Shown one piece after another: positions 51,474 through 59,930 of a DNA stretch of 64,000 nucleotides. The stretch comes from Candidatus Thorarchaeota archaeon (lineage in GTDB: Archaea; Asgardarchaeota; Thorarchaeia; Thorarchaeales; Thorarchaeaceae): positions 56,139 to 120,138 of the forward strand of contig CAVSBO010000010.1 of NCBI GenBank assembly GCA_963726195.1. Direction: 5' to 3'. Position 1 is the first letter of the stretch. Each line of letters starts with the position of its first letter. The notes below the pieces were generated by a model. It worked only from the letters and a program-made list of their open reading frames with translations, was not told the origin of the DNA and made no database searches. The position numbers and the translations under genes were made by a program.

Positions 51474-52775
51474 CTATCGGGTTTCGACCCATGTGGGCAC
51501 AGGCAGGTATGCGTCAGCATACCTATCGTATCCCACGTAGATCTGGGGCTTCACCGCATCATCTAGGAGCCTCACGAGTTCATCGGCTCCTTTCCGCTCC
51601 GCCCCCGTCAGGACGTACCCACCCACGAGCAGTGTGGGTAGGATGTTTGCATCCCACCACTTCTTCTCATGGGGAACGCCCTCCATCCTCAGGTACAGAT
51701 TGATTGCTGCATTGAGCTGCCTGTCTATCCGTAACCCACAGTTCGCGCACTCGAAGACCGCTCCTCTTCTTAGGTCTCTGTCTATCCACCCGCATCTGGA
51801 ACACCTCTTCGAGGTGAACTGCGGAGACAACTCTTCAACAGCGCCACCTTCCGCAACCCTTCTCATGATCCCCCGCCAGTCCGTTCTCGCCAGCCTACGG
51901 TTCCACAGCCTCGAACGCGTGTATAGCTTCTCCTTTCTCAGCGCCTCGAAGCCGCTCCTCTTGGAGAGCACCCGAATCGCCCTCGCGATTTCAATTTGAT
52001 GTTTCCTCGCACGGTTCCTTTCCCGTCTTGCGTATTTTGTGAGGACTCCCTTCATCCTCTTGGACTTCGAAGCCTTCCTTTGTACGCTGCGTCTCTTCTC
52101 GAAGCTCGATACGTGCGCCGAGACGAGTTTCCTCGTGTCTATCTTCACCCACCCTGTCTCAGGGCTATAGCCATCCATGGACAGCATGTTCGAGTCCCAA
52201 GCTATCGCCTCAGCAGTCCTCTCCTTCTCCTCCTCTTCTGCCACATGGATGGGCAGGTATATTCTATCTGGCGTGATGACGGGTTCACCCAGGCCCACGG
52301 AGGATACATTATGAGGCAGCTTGAAGTAGCGTCGGGAGAGGTCGACATAGGCGAACTCACGTGGCTTCAGGGTAATCCTGAGCGTGTTCCCCTCAAGTTT
52401 GAGAAGGGTCTGCTTGACCCGCAGAAAGAGTCTACGGGAATGTGGACATGCCCTTTTTCTCTCACCCTTGTCATAGTTCCTTTTCCACGAAGCCATGATA
52501 CTGAAAGCGGTCTTCATGGCGGAGTCAACCCAGTGAGCGGCATAGCACCATTCTTTCAGGCACCTGTTTCTGATCTCACGCTTGAAGGCATTGTCCTTCC
52601 TGTACTTTGGGTAGAGCCTGTACTGCTTCTTGCCTTTGACTTGGTGCTTCTTCCACTCTATCGTCCGCCAGATGGACTGCAACATGGTGTTGAGGATGGC
52701 ATTGTAGGCAGCCATTAGACCGTTGAGTGCTTCGCCTTGGTCATTGCTGAGTGAATAGGTCTTTAGCGCTTTCAA
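51474..52775 (-). CDS. tnpB: TnpB-family protein (archaeal IS607 type) with Gln at the RuvC-III Asp position
   Basis: AWDSN, GFEAL, TSKRCSRCG...CANCG, IDRQLNAAINL. TTG start overlapping the tnpA remnant. Confidence 0.88.
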   Translation of the reverse strand: MKALKTYSLSNDQGEALNGLMAAYNAILNTMLQSIWRTIEWKKHQVKGKKQYRLYPKYRKDNAFKREIRNRCLKEWCYAAHWVDSAMKTAFSIMASWKRNYDKGERKRACPHSRRLFLRVKQTLLKLEGNTLRITLKPREFAYVDLSRRYFKLPHNVSSVGLGEPVITPDRIYLPIHVAEEEEKERTAEAIAWDSNMLSMDGYSPETGWVKIDTRKLVSAHVSSFEKRRSVQRKASKSKRMKGVLTKYARRERNRARKHQIEIARAIRVLSKRSGFEALRKEKLYTRSRLWNRRLARTDWRGIMRRVAEGGAVEELSPQFTSKRCSRCGWIDRDLRRGAVFECANCGLRIDRQLNAAINLYLRMEGVPHEKKWWDANILPTLLVGGYVLTGAERKGADELVRLLDDAVKPQIYVGYDRYADAYLPVPTWVETR

Positions 52776-52918
52776 CGACCTCCACGTACTTGTGGCTCCT
52801 GAGACCGTAGCGTGCACGCCCGGGAGAATACAGGTTTCTTTCAGTATGCAAGGTCTTTCAGGTATACCTGAATTTGTATGACATATGCCTATGTAAACCC
52901 ATATAGACTGGAACTGTT
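51478..52918 (-). mobile_element. Second IS607-family derivative; ends approximate
   Basis: tnpA remnant plus tnpB. AT-rich upstream end with a perfect palindrome TTCAGGTATACCTGAA (52857-52872). Confidence 0.65.
52741..52851 (-). pseudogene. Internally deleted IS607 tnpA remnant
   Basis: MHTERNLYSPGRARYGLRSHKYVEVVESAKDLFTQQ*. YGLRSHK is the IS607 TnpA C-terminal motif. Confidence 0.75.
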
Positions 52919-53092
52919 TAGGAGAACGAATGTCGCGCAGGTCTGATTAGAGCATCTTTTGTGCAGCATCTACATTCGTGTGGTCTCGCCGCATGTGTTG
53001 CACATCAGAGCTGATTGACTGACAAAGCTTCCATGGACTTTGCAGAAGTCTTATCTTTGCACTGGCCAAGCCCGACATGGAGAGTCGTACAG

Positions 53093-54226
53093 ATGACTGC
53101 TCGAAGCTCTTTGACGCACTTCTGGCAAGGAAACCAAGCATGTGCGGAAGCAGCTATCGCTGCCGGTTGCCGTTTCTTTGCAGGTTATCCGATAACTCCA
53201 GCTTCGGAGATCGCCGAGATTATGGCAGAAAGGCTTCCCCAGATAGGAGGAGTATATCTCCAGATGGAGGATGAAATCGGTGCCATATCAGCCGTAATCG
53301 GTAGTTCGTGGGGCGGAGTGCTATCCATGACTGCGACTTCGGGACCGGGATTCAGCTTGATGCAGGAAAACATTGGTTATGCAGTAATGACTGAAACGCC
53401 GTGTGTTATTGTTGACGTTCAAAGAGCGGGGCCGAGTACGGGGCAAGCTACGAAAGCCGCCCAAGGGGACTTGATGCAGGCAAGATGGGGGTCTCACGGA
53501 GACTACGAAAGCGTAGTTTTGGCCCCCTATTCAGCCCAAGAAACGTATGAACTGACTTTGAGAGCCTTCGATCTTTCTGAGCGCCTAAGGCATCCTGTGA
53601 TATTGTTGTCGGACGAGGTGGTGGCTCACTCCCGTGAGAGAGTAGTCGTGAAAGACTTGGGCAAGGCCTCGGTCGAAAGGAGATTTGCAGCTAGGGGCGA
53701 ACCACCCTTCGGAGGTATCGATAAAATGGGAAGAGCGATAATGCCAAGGTTTGGAGATGGTCACAATCTGCTGGTCACGGGCTCGACACATGATGAACGA
53801 GGCCTGAGAAGAACATCAGACCCGGAAGTTCATGATAAGTTGGTACGCAGACTCGTAATGAAGATTCGAGAGAATAAGGCCCTCCTGACGGATACGGTAG
53901 TCTCAGGACCTGCAGAGGCGGAGTGGGGGATTGTATCTTTCGGATGCTCTTCAAGAACAGTTGAGGAAGTCATGATGGAAAAACATGATTCGCTATCACT
54001 TCGCTCTCTGAGGCTAAGGACCGTATGGCCATTTCCAGATGCGGAAGTGAAGAGATTTGCAACCACCGTAGAGAAATTACTTGTGCCTGAATTGAACCTA
54101 GGGCAACTCGTCAGAGAGGTCTCCCGAGCTGTAGGAAACTCTGTCGAGGTGTTCCCATTGAACAAGATTCGAGGCGGGCTCATGATAGAACCAGAAGAGT
54201 TGGTCAAAGCGGTAGCAGGAACTTGA
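53093..54226 (+). CDS. korA: 2-oxoacid:ferredoxin oxidoreductase alpha subunit
   Basis: GNQACA, AGYPITPASE, QMEDEI, ATSGPGFSL, QRAGPSTG, ELNLGQ. Confidence 0.93.
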   Translation: MTARSSLTHFWQGNQACAEAAIAAGCRFFAGYPITPASEIAEIMAERLPQIGGVYLQMEDEIGAISAVIGSSWGGVLSMTATSGPGFSLMQENIGYAVMTETPCVIVDVQRAGPSTGQATKAAQGDLMQARWGSHGDYESVVLAPYSAQETYELTLRAFDLSERLRHPVILLSDEVVAHSRERVVVKDLGKASVERRFAARGEPPFGGIDKMGRAIMPRFGDGHNLLVTGSTHDERGLRRTSDPEVHDKLVRRLVMKIRENKALLTDTVVSGPAEAEWGIVSFGCSSRTVEEVMMEKHDSLSLRSLRLRTVWPFPDAEVKRFATTVEKLLVPELNLGQLVREVSRAVGNSVEVFPLNKIRGGLMIEPEELVKAVAGT

Positions 54227-56511
54227 CGAAAGACCTGATTCCCGCCGTCGGGTACATATGTGTGCGAACCATGAACAGAAATCGTGATTCTCGTACGCAT
54301 CCAGACAAAGACGTGAATCGATTCGTTTGCGCTGCCAAGCCAAATCTGACTCACTTGAAGAGCAAGCAGGTGTGATCCTGGAGTAACGCAAAGGGGCAAG
54401 GGTACCGATAACAGCTGCTTGGTCGTGATGTTGTTCAAGAGGATTTGCAGTCCGACATCAGCATAGCTCAAGAGTATGGTTGCATTGTTTACCGTATCAT
54501 TGTTGTCATCAATCGCGGTGATATTGAGGACAAGATTTTCCCCATAGAATGCCGAAACGATTGTGCTACTCGCACGCAGTATTCCTGTGACAACGATTTC
54601 GACAATAGGCAGCCCAACGAAGATGTATGGGCCTGCAACAACCTCTACTGTGATAAGATGACGGCCGAGAGACATCTGGAGACCGATGCTCAGTTTGATT
54701 ATGATAGGCACGCCGGTAATGACACTCTGTTCTGTCGTTATCTGCGTGAGGCTGTCTGTAAACCTGATATCGATCATCTGGTTTTCGGGGCCTTGCGATT
54801 CGACCGTAAACTCGATAGTGGCATTGCTGTTTCGCATGACGGTACACGAGCTGTTCGAACAGAGAAACAGCAATGGGCAGAACACGGTGAGCTGAAGAGG
54901 GATTATTGTCTGGTGAAGGAATAATGAAATGTCAGCATGAATGAGTAGCGAATAGGCTTGAATGCCAAGTCCAGTGTCAGTCGGAATCACCCAGTCTAGG
55001 AAGGCCTCTCCCTCGGAATCGGTCCGATTGTGAGCGACTGTTTCGTTGTTCGGTGCGAGCAAGTCTACGAGGATTCCATTGAGAACGCTCCCGTTAGGGT
55101 CCATTATGTACACATGGATTGCCGCTTCTTCGCCTGAAAGGATAGGAGTGACGGGCTGGACAACAACATGGGGTGCGTATGACACCTTGCTAACCTGCGT
55201 GCAAGCGTAAGAGTCATGGTACGTCGTCTTGTTGATGTTCAGTGAAACGAGTGCTGTGCCCCAGATGCTTTCGGGCAAGTGAATTGGAATGTGTATCCAT
55301 CCGGACGAGTTGGTAGTGACTTGGCATCTCGTTAGAGTGTTGCTATGGACAGAGAGGCTAAAGGTCACAGGTATCGACGTGACAGCCATACCGGTCAGAC
55401 CATCTGTCACACGTGCATCAATCTGGATTGTGGAACCAGACAGCAAATCCGGAGGCATGGTAATGCTTGTCAAGATGGGTCTAGGAAGACATTGAACAGT
55501 TACATTCGTTACTGCAGTTTGGTATAGGCCGTTCGTGGCTGTCAGATTAACAAGATAAAGGCCGGGTGTAGCAATGAAAGGAATGGACGCCTTGTAAAGA
55601 CCATTTCCAAGACCGGTCATAAGACCGTTAGAGAAAGACGCTGACCACTCAACCACGCTATTATCGATTGGTGAGAGAGATGAATTCAGATGCTCTGCAG
55701 CGATTTCAAGCGAATCGGTTTGTCCATACTCTGGATATTCACAATACACATGGCTTGATGCATTTAGCACGCTCAAGGTCGACGGACCCGGTTCCACAAC
55801 GACGGTCTGAGACCGTGATAGTGGCAGAAACGAGAGCGACCCCGGACTGCTGAGTGTCAGGTTGTACGTGCCGGGAGGACCCATGGCTTTTGTCCAATCA
55901 ATATGCAACTGGCCAAGCGAGTCTGTTGTCATGCTAGTCTCGAGAACAGGCTGCAGATCAGAGTTGCTAATGCGAATCGAGATAGGTTGGTCCGAGAAGG
56001 GTATGTTATTGTTATGTGCGCTTGCAATCTTCAGTACAAACGTCCTGTTGGTGCCAAATTGGACTGACAAGGGTCTTAGCGGGAGCACGACTAAGGGCCC
56101 TTTCTTCAAGTTCACGTTAACGACTTGCGTCCCGCTCTGGCTGTATTCATCATGGATTTCGTAGTTGAAGACCACCTCCGCAGATGTCCCGTTAGAACCG
56201 GGCGAGGTCTCGTTCGGTGTAATGACATAAGATGAGGTAAGAAACTGAACATAAGGCGATGAAGGAATAGAGTATCCTTGGTTGTACACCGGCCCCAAGT
56301 CTGTGATTACTGCAAATGAGACGTAGCAGTAGCCGCCCTCTCCGAAATCGGCGATGACCTTGGCGACCATGTCTATTGATTCTCCGACCTCATAGACCAT
56401 CTTGTCAGTCTCGAAGTAATAGAGCTGAAAGTAAAATGCTGAAACAGGAGCTGCCATACAAAGAGCCATTGCTACGGACAATGATAGTGCGGTCGTCAGC
56501 TTTGAGGCCAT
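53830..56511 (-). CDS. Large secreted protein with repeated Ig-like beta-sandwich domains
   Basis: N-terminal signal peptide ending AAPVSA, repeated T(D/N)SxG turns and G.Y.(V/L) motifs, many NxS/T sequons. Confidence 0.75.
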   Translation of the reverse strand: MASKLTTALSLSVAMALCMAAPVSAFYFQLYYFETDKMVYEVGESIDMVAKVIADFGEGGYCYVSFAVITDLGPVYNQGYSIPSSPYVQFLTSSYVITPNETSPGSNGTSAEVVFNYEIHDEYSQSGTQVVNVNLKKGPLVVLPLRPLSVQFGTNRTFVLKIASAHNNNIPFSDQPISIRISNSDLQPVLETSMTTDSLGQLHIDWTKAMGPPGTYNLTLSSPGSLSFLPLSRSQTVVVEPGPSTLSVLNASSHVYCEYPEYGQTDSLEIAAEHLNSSLSPIDNSVVEWSASFSNGLMTGLGNGLYKASIPFIATPGLYLVNLTATNGLYQTAVTNVTVQCLPRPILTSITMPPDLLSGSTIQIDARVTDGLTGMAVTSIPVTFSLSVHSNTLTRCQVTTNSSGWIHIPIHLPESIWGTALVSLNINKTTYHDSYACTQVSKVSYAPHVVVQPVTPILSGEEAAIHVYIMDPNGSVLNGILVDLLAPNNETVAHNRTDSEGEAFLDWVIPTDTGLGIQAYSLLIHADISLFLHQTIIPLQLTVFCPLLFLCSNSSCTVMRNSNATIEFTVESQGPENQMIDIRFTDSLTQITTEQSVITGVPIIIKLSIGLQMSLGRHLITVEVVAGPYIFVGLPIVEIVVTGILRASSTIVSAFYGENLVLNITAIDDNNDTVNNATILLSYADVGLQILLNNITTKQLLSVPLPLCVTPGSHLLALQVSQIWLGSANESIHVFVWMRTRITISVHGSHTYVPDGGNQVFRQVPATALTNSSGSIMSPPRILFNGNTSTEFPTARETSLTSCPRFNSGTSNFSTVVANLFTSASGNGHTVLSLRERSDSESCFSIMTSSTVLEEHPKDTIPHSASAGPETTVSVRRALFSRIFITSLRTNLS

Positions 56512-56634
56512 AGTGTCCACCAGAATGCCGTGAGTATGATGCCTAAAAAAGGCCACAAGGTGATAACGACAGGTTTAATTCAAGACCATCGCCCCGAACT
56601 CTGGAAAGTCAGACCGCTGGGAGCGTCAGAGTTC

Positions 56635-57001
56635 ATGGGGATTAAACTGAAGGATGCTATCATCGATTTGATTGATGATACCGATACGAAAAGACTGAAG
56701 CTCGTGAAGATAACGTCCAAGATAGACGGAGCTACTCTGACAATAGAACTTCCAGAAGCATTGTGTGAAAGACTCAGTGTGAAGGAGCATGTTGATGTGA
56801 CTTTGGATTCCAAAGCTATTCCAAAGGGTGAAGAAGCCAAGTCTATATGCAGAGGGCACGCTTTTGCGTGTCCTCGAAGGGAAGGCTCTGGAGATTATGG
56901 GGTCCATCGGAGGCCTTAGACTCGAACTCAAGGTCACTAAACCGACACCCTCACAGAGCAAGACGTTCGCATCGAATGTGTTCTATTTGATGATTGTGTG
57001 A
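56635..57001 (+). CDS. rpoG: RNA polymerase subunit Rpo8 (RpoG/RPB8-like); frameshift near 56842
   Basis: Joining frames gives MGIKLKDA...LTIELP...KLYAEG...GSIGGLRLEL...FYLMIV. SxGGL is the RPB8 signature. Confidence 0.75.
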
Positions 57002-57171
57002 TGATCTTAAGTTGTGTGAGAGCTGAAGTAGTTTCGGCGCTCCCTCTTTCTGTATGGGCTGAATCCGACCACCATACGGCCGTCATTGTTCGATAAAATA
57101 GACAAAGGCTCTAAGCAATGAGAATGAATGCTTCTGGAATCTAATTATCCGTTGGAGTCTAGACAATCTCG

Positions 57172-58227
57172 GTGTGGTTTTTGGTCAACGAGGTAGATGA
57201 GCCTTTCATAAATTCCTCATGGTCTTGTCCAGATTGTTCAGGGCAATTAGTGACAAGTCAAGGGCATATAGTCTGCGCTGAGTGCGGACTTGTGATTTCA
57301 AGAGAGTATGTACACCCTACATATCAAATGGGTGAAGAGCAGCATGCAGATGCTCCTGATGTATCATCGTATGTTTCACTTGGCAACAGATTGCACATTG
57401 TGGATGGCCTTGGCAGCTACATTGGTTATCATAAGGACACGTACTTCCGAGACGCTAATGGACAAACACTCCCGGGAAGTGCACAGAAAAAATTCAAGCG
57501 CCTCAAGCTAGTATATAGTACGCGCATAAGAATCGGAAAAAGTGAGGCAAAGTACCGAGCACTTAGGACACTCAATCACGTTTCGAAGTTGCTGATGCTG
57601 AACGACCAAGTGCGTGATCGGACAGCCTATCTCTACAAAAAAGTAATCTCAGAAACTCCGGATAAGGTCACTAATAATATCTTGGTTATGGCAGTATGCC
57701 TCTTGATGGCAGTACGCGAGTTCAGAGATGGAGCTCCGATAACTCTGGAAGAGATAGCCGGTATTTTCGAGAAGTGTGGGCACAGAGTGAATGTGCGTGC
57801 AATGGTACGCGAAGCCATGCGGCTCAAGTCTATGACCGGTCATGCGCCCGAAGTCAGGCGGCCCGAGGATTATGTTCCCAGAGTATTGTCCATGGTGATG
57901 AACAACCCGAAAGTAATCGGCAAAGTGAAATCCAGAGGCTGGAATTCAAGCGAGTATGAGAATGCCATGAGGGGTAAGATGCTTGCCATACTTGATATGA
58001 TACCCGCTTCGAAAAGAGGCGGCCGGAACCCATTCATATTCACAGTCTCAGTCGCTTACACTGGCGATAGGTTAATAGTGAGTGAACACGGACGACATTC
58101 CGTCTTAACTCAGAAGCTAGCCTCCAAGGCGACCAAAGTGGCTGAGTACAGCATTCGAGATCACTTTGGGGTGATAAAGAAGCTCTTGGAGAACGTGCCT
58201 GAAGCTGTCGTCGAACATCCTCAATAG
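57172..58227 (+). CDS. Divergent TFB/TFIIB-family protein
   Basis: CPDC...VCAECG Zn ribbon, two cyclin-like repeats (PITLEEIA, GGRNP), C-terminal TQK....VAEYSIRD HTH. Confidence 0.75.
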   Translation: MWFLVNEVDEPFINSSWSCPDCSGQLVTSQGHIVCAECGLVISREYVHPTYQMGEEQHADAPDVSSYVSLGNRLHIVDGLGSYIGYHKDTYFRDANGQTLPGSAQKKFKRLKLVYSTRIRIGKSEAKYRALRTLNHVSKLLMLNDQVRDRTAYLYKKVISETPDKVTNNILVMAVCLLMAVREFRDGAPITLEEIAGIFEKCGHRVNVRAMVREAMRLKSMTGHAPEVRRPEDYVPRVLSMVMNNPKVIGKVKSRGWNSSEYENAMRGKMLAILDMIPASKRGGRNPFIFTVSVAYTGDRLIVSEHGRHSVLTQKLASKATKVAEYSIRDHFGVIKKLLENVPEAVVEHPQ

Positions 58228-58654
58228 CCACTGATTAGCACTAAATGACTCTCTTGGCCCAGCTTCAGGGGCTTAAATGCAGTGGCGCGAAAATAGCAAG
58301 TGGACTGGTTAATGTGACGGAGAACCTCAACCGCACGTCGAGAGAAAATGGTGTCTGCACTCACGACAAATCGACTAGGAAGTGACCCTTCACTTGATTG
58401 TGCCGAAGCTGAATGCAATAAGATGCCCTAGGGCGCGCTGCAAGGGTTGCGATTATGCATCAGCCACAGCTGTTCAGTCATGCAAACTCCTTTCAGCCGT
58501 GGCCTCAGCCATCGAGCATCACGCCAAGGTTCTGATTCTTGAACCAGAACGTGGGCTTGTTCACATAGGTGGCCTCAACGGAGTGGCGCCCAAGGGACCT
58601 CCTTGGCAAGTGGATGACTGGGAGTCTATCTATGTGGGGGATCATGGCTCCACA

Positions 58655-58670
58655 AATGGAGGTGAAGCTG
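58655..58670. other. Junction between mid-GC archaeal DNA and high-GC bacterial DNA
   Basis: Abrupt composition change. The bacterial C-N hydrolase is cut after YAKVHTCSF. No IS ends or att-like repeats seen. Confidence 0.85.
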
Positions 58671-59046
58671 CAGGTGTGCACCTTGGCATAGGTGAGCGCC
58701 TCGCGCCCGAAGCGGTCGAACAGCGAGACGGTGTTGCGCGGCCCGGCGGGGCGAGCGCTCGAGATAGAGGTGACGGCGACGGCCATGCTCAGTTCCGCGG
58801 CGAGTTCGGCGTGCGCGACGACCCACGTCGACGGCGGCGCAATCGAGTGGCTTTTTCCAGCGGCCGAGGTCGCCGTCGGGGAACGAGTAGCCGGTGCTCC
58901 ACAGTTCCGGGAACAGCGCGAGGTCGGCGCCGGCCGCGGCGGCGCGCCGGCAGGCGGCGAACACGGTGCGCGAGGCTCGCCTCGCGGTCGTAGCCCGAGC
59001 CGGCGAGCTGCAGAAAGGCGCGATGCGGAGCTCAGTCGCGCTCCAC
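58663..59046 (-). CDS. Carbon-nitrogen hydrolase (nitrilase family), 5' part only, frameshifted
   Basis: AAAAGADLALFPELW and RNTVSLFD...YAKVH motifs. Confidence 0.8.
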
Positions 59047-59880
59047 GCGCTCGCCCCCCGCCGCTCCTCCGCCGGCGCGAACACCGTCGACTTCGCCTGG
59101 CTGCAGGATGCGTACGTCGACCTCCGGCGTGAGGTGCGCCGCATAGCGGGCGAACGCGTGCGGCCACTCCGCCCACTTGGCGTTGAACTCCGGCGGCAGC
59201 CACGGCGGGAATACGGTGCCCCAGTGCACCGGCACGCAGGCCGCCCGGCGGGCGCAGCAGCTCCAGCGCCTTGGCCGCCGAGAGCGGGTTGAGGTGGTCG
59301 CTGGGCAGCCTCGGCCCCCACCCGCCGACGGGCAGCACGGCGACGTCGATCGGCGCCAGGTCGCGCATGCCGTCGTACAGGCCGGTGTCGCCGTGAAGTA
59401 GGCGTCAATCCCGCCGGCGACGACGTAGCCCAAGGCGGGCGACTCCGCGGCGAGTGGATGCCGAGTGCCGGCGCGATCTGCGGGGACGGCTTTCACGCGC
59501 ACGCGAGGGGGCCGGACGGCTCCGGCCGCGCCGCCGGGCCGCGATCTCGACTTCGTCCCCCACGTCCATCTCCAGCGGCACGAACCCGAGCCGCCGCAGG
59601 AGGGTGCCGCAGGCCGCGCGGCGCCACAACCGGTGTGCGCCGGTCAATGAGCCGCAGTGACGGCACGTCCACACGATCGAGGCCGGGCGTGCGAGATGAG
59701 CACAGCGTCGAGGTCGCGACGCATGGGCGGCGGCGGCACGGGGCTGCGCCGGATGAGGACGCCGATCCGCTTGCGCAGCAGCGGGTCGGTGAGCAGCCGA
59801 ACGCCGTCCAACTCGAGGAGCACCGTCGCGTGCCCCGCGAACGTCACCGTGAGTGTGGAGGTCCCCGCCCGCGCGCCCAT
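59032..59880 (-). CDS. MBL-fold metallo-hydrolase (multiple frameshifts)
   Basis: VTFAGHATVLL...LLTDP, VLISH, YF.GDTG-like segment, LPVGGWG, PVHWGT. Confidence 0.8.
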
Positions 59881-59930
59881 GAGCTCACTCTACCTGAGAC
59901 GGCGACGGTGGTCGGCACATCCTCGAAGGG

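Noticed and set aside
86-58231. Numerous 60-240 aa ORFs antisense to or nested in recognised genes
   Set aside because: They are shadow ORFs with no motifs, fully overlapping well-supported genes.
58423-58431. ATGCCCTAG match to the mini-element guide
   Set aside because: Only 9 nt, not seed-anchored and without the TTCAT TAM. Expected by chance.
58382-59368. ORFs of 203 and 287 aa crossing the GC junction
   Set aside because: They are artefacts that join archaeal non-coding DNA to frameshifted bacterial fragments.
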